From Marsupella aquatica (Eukaryota; Plantae; Marchantiophyta), in contig OZ316896.1 in the NCBI GenBank assembly GCA_973895155.1, positions 22,401,722 to 22,465,721 on the forward strand: 64,000 bases of DNA. Reading direction: 5' to 3'. The translations under genes and the position numbers were made by a program. Below the pieces are notes generated by a model. It worked only from the letters and a program-made list of their open reading frames with translations, was not told the origin of the DNA and ran no database searches. Positions 41,801 to 51,969 of the stretch are shown piece after piece; positions within the stretch are counted from its first letter, which is position 1; each line of letters starts with the position of its first letter.

Positions 41801-42311
41801 CGGACATATCTTCTCTGAGACTCCATTTCACCTTGGCTGTGGTTGCCATTTGTGGTGGCTAGGACAAGATTGTGTAGTTGCCGCAGCTGTTACTGTCGTA
41901 GGCATTAACTCGTCGTGCTTCCATCGGATCCTGCTTGCTTTCAGTCAGTAGTCTGGAACTCAGTTGGGACTAGAAGGTTGAGTGTCTCTACTGCGTCCTC
42001 TCGGAGTCTTCAGACAGGAAGGAAACGGGAGCACTTTGATAACATAGCACTGCGGCTCTAAGAGGGACAGAAGGAGAAGGCATTGGAGCCAGCGACGTAA
42101 GATCGGCCTCCAGGAAGGGGAACCTGTCGATAAATCCGCCAAATCAGGAATGGGGTCGGGCCAAGGGGTGTGTAGGATCGAACAGCGGCGATGGAACTCT
42201 GTAGGGGAGTGCTCTCCAGTCAGTACCGGTGTCTGATGGTCCCAACTTCCGCCTAAACTTCGTTACCTTTCATAGTTTCTTCCCAACGATCGATCGTCGT
42301 TGCTTCACCTC
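38850..42311 (+). promoter_or_regulatory. CpG-rich promoter and long GA-rich 5' leader of the ARF gene, with multiple uORFs
   Basis: Abrupt switch from CpG-poor TE DNA to CpG-rich sequence; (GA)n and GGA/GGT microsatellites; at least 11 short ATG-initiated ORFs between 40097 and 42256; AuxRE-type TGTCTC 39380-39385 and TGTCGG 40107-40112. The TSS cannot be placed from sequence. Confidence 0.65.
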
Positions 42312-45300
42312 ATGTATTCCCCTCCGGCGATGAGGCTTACTGCCTCAGGATATGCGCCACAACAAGCTGTTGGAGGTACTTTCTTCACCCTTGACATGTC
42401 TGTTTCATAGCTATAGAAAATTGTGGACCTGTGTGCCACATTGAGCCTGAACCACCTGGCATGTGTGTGTACCGCATTTTGTGCACCCAGATCCTGCCTG
42501 TCTTGTCGTAGGATGCCTGTCTCGAGGAGCTCGTGCTTATCCGGGACCTGGGACTTGAAGCCGTTTGTTTCCTTGTCCCCTCGCAGCCTGATGTCTTCTG
42601 TGTCCTGATGTCTTCTGTGTTTCATGGGGTTGTTGCAACCGATGTTTTCTACGCGTCATCTTCAGTTGTTGTATGTACGACTTTGATTATCTGAAACCCT
42701 TCAATTAGAGACTTGATCATTCTGCATGGGTTAAGGTAGTGCGTGTTCCATCGGAGTCAACTGGGTTTCCTTCTAGAGACCCACGTCGGTCAGCTTACCG
42801 CATTAATCAGCATCTACCACCGGTTTCCTTCGGTCCCTGAGGTGTCTAAATCCTCGAAAGCACTGGTCTCGCAAAAGAGAGCCACTGTTTTCCTCGAGTA
42901 AAGCTGTAATGCATACTAGAAACTGCTCAGGTGTTCTATGACGCTGCTGTCATTCGGTCTTAGTGGAAGGATAGGCTGTGTGAATGGTCTCATCTATTCA
43001 GCAGTAGCATGCACTTCCTTCTTAGCCACGCACACTCCAGAGAGAGAATGCGCAGTAGTACGGGGTCAGAGTGGTGGCACTCTTCGATGGTGTGTCCGTC
43101 ATCGTCATGAGAGACATTGGGTCTTGCTCGCAGAGCTGCGAAGAACACTTGTTTCCTCCTACAGTCATGGTCATTGTGCCTGGGAGGTGTCGATTTAGAT
43201 TAGAAGGTAGCGAAGACAATTTCTCAATTCCTGGCCAGTTGATATGGCCTCATGCGATGCCCGCAGACTGAAGCAACAACGTATAGTAACTTATTGGGTG
43301 CTCTCTTTCTCATGTATGGATGCAGGCGAGCAAAGGAGTTTGAACTCCGAACTATGGCACGCGTGCGCTGGTCCGCTTGTGTCCGTGCCACCAATCGGCA
43401 GTCGCGTAGTTTACTTTCCCCAGGGCCACAGCGAACAGGTTAGACAATCATCCCACTTTTGGTGAGATATGCCCTTTATTTCCGCTCAAGACGTTCGGGT
43501 AGGTTTCTCGTCTGGTTCTCTCAAGCTCGTGGGGACTGTTAACTCTTCAGTTGGATTATGAGGACGCTCTAATGCCACCTTTGGCCCCTCCCTTCTTGAT
43601 GCTGAGTTCATTGGTCCTTGTTCCTTGCTCAGGTGGCTGCATCTACACAAAAGGAGGCGGACATTCATATTCCTAGCTATCCCAACCTGCCGTCGCGGTT
43701 GATCTGCTTGCTGGACAATGTCACATTGCATGTAAGATGCTTTCCACCTCTGGGCCTGTGTCGCTTGTCTTGATGTCTCGTTCGGTCCATCGATTTGGTT
43801 TGTACGCACCGAATGTTGATGAAGTTTTCGTCGATTGTTAATGAACTGCAGGCTGATGTCGAAACCGACGAAGTTTACACTCGAATGACTTTGATTCCTC
43901 TTGGTCCGGTGAGCTACTTCCTAAGTCAATTGTGTTGAGTGCTAGCAGCTCAGTGCGGTGTCTACTCGACAAGAACGAACTCTCGGTTGTTTACTCTCCG
44001 TATTCTAACAATTTGTGTTTGTATGTCCAGCAACAAGATAAAGATTCCCTATTGGTGCCGGAGATAACCAGGGAGAACAAGCAGCCCACAGACTTTTTCT
44101 GCAAAACTCTCACAGCTAGTGACACCAGTACACATGGGGGTTTCTCAATACCTCGTCGGGCTGCAGAGAAAGTGTTTCCACCCCTGGTGAAGACCATCTC
44201 TACATACTGGGCTCGTTGGGTTCAGTTCGCTCATGTGTCTAGTGGCTGCTTGATTTGAAGCTTCGATTGGATGTGCGTACTCTTGGCCAATATGCTTCAT
44301 GGTTACCTCATGCAGGACTATTCTACGCCACCCCCGGCTCATCCTGCCCAGGAGCTCGTCGCCAGGGATTTGCATGACAACGAGTGGCACTTTCGTCACA
44401 TTTACAGAGGTACACCTTTCTATACAATCATTAAGCGGTCTGCAGGATGAGGGTTTCGTTTCAATGAGTTGGCCAAACCCTTTAGCGGCTCATTGTATTG
44501 ACTGTCTGCTGTTATTGTTTCACAGGCCAGCCCCGACGTCATCTACTAACCACAGGTTGGAGTATCTTTGTTAGCCAAAAGAGGCTCCAAGCTGGAGATT
44601 CGGTTCTGTTCATCAGGTATGCTGTTCCCCTTAGTCCGCTTTTGTATCGGATCACTATGGCAACACGTTTGTTCCAACCAGAACAAGTTTCTGAAAGAAT
44701 TTTAAGTCTTACCAGAACGCGCGTGTCGACTTGATGAATTAGCTCATGCCTATCAAGTGGTCGTTAATCGGCTTTCCCACTCTTGCTGTGCAGGGATGAC
44801 AAGGGCCAACTTCTCTTGGGTATCAGGCGAGCTAACCGGCAGCAAACAGCCATGCCATCATCCGTGCTGACCAGTGATAGCATGCACTTTGGGGTCCTTG
44901 CGGCTGCCAACCATGCAGCAGCGACCAACAGCCGTTTCACGATTTTTTACAACCCTAGGTAACATATCGCACATCTGTAGATTTAAATGTCGCCAGCTCT
45001 TCACTGAACATGCGTGGATAATGAAGAACTTGTATGCTCATTACAGAAGGGTTTTGGGGCTTTTGCAGGGCCAGTCCTTCCGAGTTCGTTATTCCTCTTT
45101 CGAAGTATAACAAAGCTGTACATCAGACGCAAGTGAGTGTCGGGATGCGGTTCAGAATGGTTTTTGAGACCGAGGAATCTGGCGTTCGCAGGTAACTCTT
45201 GTTACAGCCCATATTGCATCTAACTTGTACCCCATAGCTTTGCCGTCCCAGTCGGTATTGATACATATTCTCTTCTCTAGGGTTCTCCTCCCTGACGTCT

Positions 45301-46200
45301 GTCTCGATGTGCTTGCAGATACATGGGCACCATCACTGGTATAGGCGACCTTGATCCTGGGAGGTGGCCTAATTCACATTGGAGGTCATTGAAGGTATGG
45401 AAGCGATGAAACTTGACATTCACGAAGATTAGCTGACTCTGGTATTGGTTGGTATTTTTTTTTAGGTTGGTGTGCTGTTCAGGGAATTAATGTTGGATGG
45501 GTTTTTATGCAGGTGGGATGGGATGAATCTACAGCAGGGGAGAGACAGAGACGTGTCTCGTTGTGGGAGATCGAGCCCCTGACCACCCCTTACCTCATTT
45601 GCCCTCCACTTCCTATAAGGAAACGACCGCGGGCCCTTCCCAGAGGATCAGGGTTAAATGGTAAGAAGATTTCTACACTAGGGACTAGTTCTCAAGCATG
45701 ATGAGAACATGATAGAGTTGTCGATTGCACTTTTGGTGTCCCACTTTCATAGTTCACCCTGGATTCTACCCAGTAATTTGTTGATAGTTGATGGTCGGTT
45801 TCAATCTATGTATAAGGAGACGCACTATCTAATTCTCAATATGTACGTGTATTTTTGAGCAGGTGAAGAAGACGAAGTGGATGGCCTTCAAAAGAAGTCG
45901 TTGTGGTGCAATGACGGGGATAACAATTCTCTTCAGAGGCCACCTTTTAATGGACTCCAAGGTATAGATCAGTGGATGAGGCTACCAAGGCAGGATGCAG
46001 GAGGTGCTGGACCTCAGAATGACTTCTACCGAGCTATGGCAGCTGCTGCTCTTCAGGAGATTCGGGATCCTCCGAAGCAGTTGCATCCTCCGCGCCAGCC
46101 TCAACCGCCCATGCAAACCCAGCAGATGCAATTCAGATCACAGCAGCAACAGCAACAGCAACCGCAGCAGGACCAGCAACAGCAGCAGCAGCTCTCTATT

Positions 46201-46236
<36 letters not shown>

Positions 46237-47900
46237 CAAACCTCACAACACTTGCCAGTGTCATTGCAGTTGCCGGAAGTCAATGGGGTCTCAATGCTTC
46301 AAATATCTGGTAGCCGGCCGCAATCTCCTATGCAACTACCATCTCTACGGGTGTCGTCTTACACAGAGTCTGATTTGCATCTGTCTCCAGCTTCAACATC
46401 TTCTGGGTCATATCCAATGCAAAGCATGCTGGGTAGGCCTCAGCAGGGAACTGTTCTTCCAACCGAGGACACTAATCAGTTCACGAATTTACTGCGCAAC
46501 AATCAAAATGCCATGCAACAGACAGCAATGCTTCCTCCTGGCCCAGCGCCTGGAAGGGATCAGCAGATTTCAAATCAATGGTTCCCCTCACTGAGAGATT
46601 CTAAGTTACCGGACACCCCCCCCCTTACGAGTTCTCGAATCGGACGTGCTGATTCGTCGCCTACGTCGGCTAATGCTTTTATTCCTTCTTGTGAACCTGT
46701 ACAATCAGGTCTTGCCCCTCTCCCAATGCAAACATCCCCTTTCACAGTTTTCCGCGATAGCACTCAGGAGCAAGAACAAGTTCAATCAGATCCTCGGAGT
46801 CATTTGCTGTTCGGAGTCTCCATTGATCAACCTTTGGTCGTACCGAATGGGGCTGGAGCTCTTGCTTCGAGAGGCGGCTTAATGAAAGGAAAAGATGCAC
46901 AGAATCGGTTTGGAGGTGGAAATTTACTTCCAGCACCTTTCTCTGCTTCTGCTGGACCAGAAATGCCGATGAGCCCTGGCATTATGTCCACACTGGATGA
47001 TAACTCATTCATGCCGCGTGGTGGTTCAGCGTGGCCAATGCTTCCTGCGGCACCTTCTGTAAGGACGTTTACAAAGGTATTGTTTTCTGCCAATTCGTGA
47101 TTACGTGCATGTTGGAACTCGGTTATTTCATTGCCTGTTGTAAAACAGATTGAAGTACGTCGTTTGCCTTCTTGGAATGAGCTGAAATCCTCACTTTTCT
47201 GCATTCGAAATTCCCGCAGGTGCATAAGCAGGGCTCTGTAGGAAGGTCCTTGGACGTGACCCGTTTTGGAAACTACGTAGAACTGCGAGCTGCGTTGGCA
47301 AAGATGTTTGGCCTAGAAGGGCAGCTGGAAGATCCACAAAGGTCAAGTTGGCAGCTTGTGTTCGTAGACAATGAGGGGGATGTACTTCTCGTTGGTGATG
47401 ATCCCTGGGAGTAAGTTCCTCTACCATTCAAGTGCTTTCTCTTGACTTGGTTAATTTCTAGTAACGATTCAGTGATGGAAGAGGTTTGTTGTTTGAGTTA
47501 GTTCCTCAACCCTTCAATTGCTTTTTCATGACTGAGGTATAGTCTACTAATGTTTTAGTGATGGAAGAGGTTTGCTCTCTGAGTAAGTTCCTCAACCGTG
47601 CAATTGCTTGTTCTTGACTCGGGTAATCTCTTGTAGTAATGAAACAGGTTGCTGTGCGAGTGATCTGATGGATTTAGGCATTTGTGGGCTTGCAGGGAGT
47701 TCGTGAACTGTGTAAGAGGTATCCGGATCCTGTCGCCGTCAGAGGTGAAGTTCATGAGTCAAGAAGGATCAGACATGTTGAACTTCGTTCCACCACCGGT
47801 ACCTCGACCGACTAGCAGTGGTTCGGAGGATGGCGCTGCAACTCGGCTGGATGACAGGAATTCACCCTCACATCCTAATGGAGGTCCCCTGGAGCTGTAG
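42312..47900 (+). CDS. ARF1: Class A auxin response factor (B3 DBD + ARF dimerization domain + Q-rich middle region + PB1), 931 aa, 14 coding exons; liverwort ARF1-like
   Basis: Exons 42312-42375, 43326-43438, 43633-43731, 43852-43908, 44031-44186, 44316-44409, 44526-44616, 44794-44958, 45069-45191, 45319-45394, 45513-45660, 45863-47076, 47220-47410, 47696-47900. All introns are GT..AG; total 2796 nt = 932 codons. Motifs: [120 protein letters not shown]. The MYS..MRL N-terminus and PPAHPAQEL match my recollection of Marchantia ARF1. Confidence 0.96.
46141..46240 (+). repeat. CAG/CAA trinucleotide tract encoding poly-Q of the ARF middle region
   Basis: [33 protein letters not shown], including (CAG)10 at 46201-46230. 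Confidence 0.95.
47409..47655 (+). repeat. 86-bp tandem triplication within ARF intron 13, each unit starting with the 5' splice site
   Basis: GAGTAAGTTCCTCTACC (47409), GAGTTAGTTCCTCAACC (47495), GAGTAAGTTCCTCAACC (47581); AGTGATGGAAGAGGTTTG at 47471 and 47557. Confidence 0.9.
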
Positions 47901-50036
47901 GGGAAAATCTTAGTCGACGATGTGGTCGGGTTGGTATTTTTTCATCTGTCCTGATCCAGGACACTCTTCTCTAAGCACACCTCGATGTCCATTTGACGTT
48001 CGGCTTCCTGGAGGAGTCGAGTCAATCCCCAAAGTTGGCAGGAGTTGCTGTCGTGTGACTCTGATTCCCGTCTCAAGTGCACTAAAGAGAGAGGACCGGT
48101 CACCTCAAGGCATTTGCATTTTCCGAGGTTGTTCTCAATAGTCGCTTACAGTGCATAAGAAGTGAGCCGACTTCATGAAGTCCCCTACCATGACGCTCAG
48201 TCGGGATGGAAGGCGCTGCCCTCCAAGAGGCGAACTGTTTTTGAAAGTGGGAAGGTGTGACAGAGCCCTCGGTGGTGAAACGTGGGAGGAACCGACCACA
48301 GCTGCTCCGTGTCCCGTTTCCTCTGGAGCGGTTCTCCTTCGCGAGGAGGGCACGGCGGGGCTGTTTTCTTCATAACTTTAATACGAGAGCTCTGCCTGAA
48401 TCACAGGCTTCACTTTTGATCAACGAAGCTTCTGCTTCATGGTAGTTTCTCATGCGGAGTGATCCTCTCCTAACGGGGCACGGGACTAGAAAAGCTACCT
48501 GGTGGAGGAAGCCGCGACTGGGGAAGTTACATAGGCCTGTATCGCTCCAATGGACGGATTGTATGTGCCATTTATTCTTTGGTTACAAGGTGACTGAGTT
48601 ATTCCAATGTCAGGGGCCTGTGTTTTGCAATGTAGATTGTATCGGTGTAGTAAGAGCTGATGTAGACCAAAATGGTTCTGGTACCTCAGCAGAGGCAGCC
48701 ATTTGTATTTTGCTATTGTCAGTGATGATAAAACCATCTTGTAGATTATGTGGGCTTCTCATTGACAAAAATAGGTAGTTGTATTGGTGCTGCTGGTGAC
48801 CGACCGCCGCCAGCCGAACTCGTCCCCGCGGAGTAGGTGTTAGGTCTGTGTGTAATTGCGGGAGTACTTTACCTAGTATGAGTCTTCACGCTGTCAACGC
48901 AAAACTGGAAATGACACCTATTGTGGATCTCCTGACTCGGCTCTCTGTGGAATCTGAATCCCTCCTGTTCAGGAATCGGGAACCTGTATGAGCCAAATTA
49001 ATAATGGAAATAATCCCGTGTTGTACAAATTGCTTCCGCCCAGGCAAATCAGCTGGTTGTCGAATCTCTACCCGTCGTTTAACATGTGCATTGTCTGGAG
49101 CTCCCTTTTGGAAGAGGAGGATTGCGGCTGTGTCATTCTTAATGATAGCCGATGAATCCTAATGTCATTCTCTGAGTAGTCCAGGACGAAGGCACGTTTC
49201 CCAAGCCTTGGTGATAACCTCCCGCACAGTTCCTGTGTATCGTGGAACATCTTCCAGCTGAAGTTTCCAGCTTTTCATTCGGCTATCGAATAAGCTTTTC
49301 AACGTGCAGCAAGGGTAGAGAGGCCGTCTCAGCCTTTGGTGACGTGAGCCAGCTCAACGCGCACATTTTACTGTACCCTTTTTCCCACAGAGCGGGGCCC
49401 AGTGCTCTTTCCCGTAAATCCGATGCTTTCTGCATTTAGAAAAGCTCGCCTCTGGTTCTTTATGGATTTTGGGACTTGCAGGAGATGATGACAATACAGA
49501 TGAGCTCGATCGTCGACCACGATTCCCTCGCGTTCCAACGGTGAGTGCACGACAGATTCCATATAACCCCCTCTCTTTTTTCTTACCGGAAGGGCCTGCC
49601 TACCTCTCCGTTCACAACGCCTTCAGGCCCACCACGCTACAGTACCGCCTCTTCTGGCTTGGAAGGCCACAGCTGGATATCTCGCGATGGGTCCTCGATA
49701 ATGGTGGCTACAGTAGCCGTCAGGGAGGTGCGGGACCACGCGAGCATGCTGGACCTGCTGCCACTGACGAAAGAATCAGGAAAAAAGACGGGAGCCTTAG
49801 GTAACGTCCACTCTCGTCCCTTCTTCACCTCTGATCTGGAGCTACAGCTCTGCTGCCTTCGGGCCCTTGCAGGACTATCAGGGGTCTTGGTGCGGCTCCT
49901 CCGTCATAGGTATCTCCTGGACTAGGCCTAAAGGAGTCCCATTGATAGTACTTCCTGGAGCAGAAATGATTTCTGGAGCAGAAATGATTTCTGGAGCACA
50001 ATGAGAGTCACGTTCCTGTTCTACTTCAGTGTCATG

Positions 50037-50180
50037 TCATGATTCCATTCCAGAGACACTGAGTTTGGTTGACGTCTCCAGAGCTATTGAACTTGAACAT
50101 CACAGTCATGGTTCCATCCAAGAGTTCATGAGTTCATTTGACATCTCCAGAGCTGTTGAACTTGAACTTCACAGTCATAC
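50037..50180. repeat. 72-bp tandem duplication within a degenerate CCAGAG-motif array (to ~50650)
   Basis: TTGAC(G/A)TCTCCAGAGCT(A/G)TTGAACTTGAAC(A/T)TCACAGTCAT twice; also (CTGGAGCAGAAATGATTT)x2.4 at ~49955-49998. Confidence 0.85.
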
Positions 50181-50970
50181 TTCTTCTGGATTTCAAACGA
50201 CTACTTCAGTCTCATGTATGTGTCTTGAATTCCTCCCTCCGGAGTAAATGAATTCACGTTGCAATAATACTGCAGGCTCATTCCACACCAGAGCTACGGA
50301 ATTCGGTTCAGAATCGTAGTATCTGTGTACATATCGCAGCCATTATTTCAGGACCTTTTCCAGAGAATGAATTTCAGCACAAACTTTGCAGAATCTTTCA
50401 AGCCTTTGTCTGTGGACCATTTCGAGAGAATCTCAAGACACACTCGGCAGAGTTTTGTTCAGAAGTGGTTCCAGAGCCGGTGAACTACACACCGTACCAT
50501 CACGATTTCGCTACAGGACCATTTCTGGAGCCATTAAACGCACTGCAGGACCACTTTTTCGACGAGGCATTGAACTCGCTTCACACTTCTGCCGTAGGAC
50601 ATATCCCAGAGCCATTGCCATCAATTCATTCCAGGACAAGAGAATGAAACTCACTTTTCTGTCCTGACCAGAGGATCTTCTGAGGGAGTATGTTTTTTTC
50701 TTTGGGAGGCAATTAGTCCTAACCCTTGACGGGACGGACATCATCTTTGCAGGTCAGGTTTTCGCCCAGAGCAATGTACGGCATCGCTCTGCGAGATCCC
50801 GTTCCAAAACTGAGAAGAAAAACCAACAGCACCACCGATGGAAAACACGTCTCATCTCTTCTCATCTCTTCTCATCTCGTCTCATCTCGTCTGGCACTTC
50901 TTTCCCCAACTTGAGAGTTGCAGTGCAGTGCAGATACGGCACCCATTAATTCCAAGTAGCAGGAAAGACA

Positions 50971-51405
50971 TGGGCTTTTTTCGTCAAACATTCCGCCTTT
51001 TTGGTTAGGTGACGAAATGCTGACGACCGTCCTTTAGGCTTTCTCCAGGGTCGATTTGTTTCCTTCGACCTTTCCTTTCCCTTCCTTGACACAGAGGAGT
51101 CGTAACCTGGTTTTCTCAACACACAATTCTCATCGGAAGGGAAAGGCCCCCATAATTCCAGCACGCCCCAAAATAAAAGAAGCCCATGAAATATGGTCAA
51201 TCAACTGTAGGTTTTTTGGACCAAGAGCGGGGCCCAGAGCTGATGAATCTAGCCATATTATAATATGTACGCAAATCTGGAGACAAGCATTGTTAGCAGA
51301 TGCTGTCAAGCCCAAACTCAAAATGACCTATGTAGGTATTTATATACTTTGGATGCTCTGGCTAAAGTCCCAACCAATGATCATTATGGTCAACCAGCTA
51401 GCCCA
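50971..51405. promoter_or_regulatory. Promoter-like cluster: site II (TGGGCY/RGCCCA) x5 and an as-1-like TGACG pair
   Basis: TGGGCT 50971, AGCCCA 51181, GGCCCA 51231, AGCCCA 51309, AGCCCA 51400; TGACG at 51010 and 51021; adjacent (CTCAT/CTCTT)n tract 50850-50890. Confidence 0.35.
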
Positions 51406-51969
51406 ATGCCCTTCACACACATAAGGTTGAGGTTGTGTTGTTGTTGTGGTCGGGTTGTGGTTGCTGTGGAAGTGTTGCCGTTCTGACAGTGTCATTTGTG
51501 CAATTTATGTTATGGTTATAGAAATGTTGTAGTCCTGAGTGGTTGTTGCTGTGAAAATGTTAAGATTTTTGTCAATGTTGTTGTCACAAAATTGATGTTA
51601 TGTTGGTTGTGTATTTCCACTTTGTGCAAACGATTGTCATTGTTAGGGTTTGCCTGCTGGCATGTGCCCACAGTACAAGGCTGTACTCATGCGACAGCCA
51701 GGGTTTAGGGAAATGAAGGGATGTGGGTGGAGGGGCTGATTGTGCAAGCCTGCAGGATGTGTTTGGATTGCAGGTGAAAGATGGCCGGCAGTCTGGTGAG
51801 GGCAGGCCTGCAAGGGTGATTTGGCTAATTGGAAGATGCAGGGAAAGACCTCATAAATCAAACTGCCATAATTTCTTCTCAACCAGATTGGATTCTGCAT
51901 GTAAACATTCCATTGGAGAAAAGAAGAGGAGTTGTTGCTTATAGTGTTTCGATAGAGACATGGTATTTG

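Noticed and set aside
45995-46594. 199-aa alternative-frame ORF with poly-Ser
   Set aside because: Shadow frame of the CAG-rich ARF exon 12.
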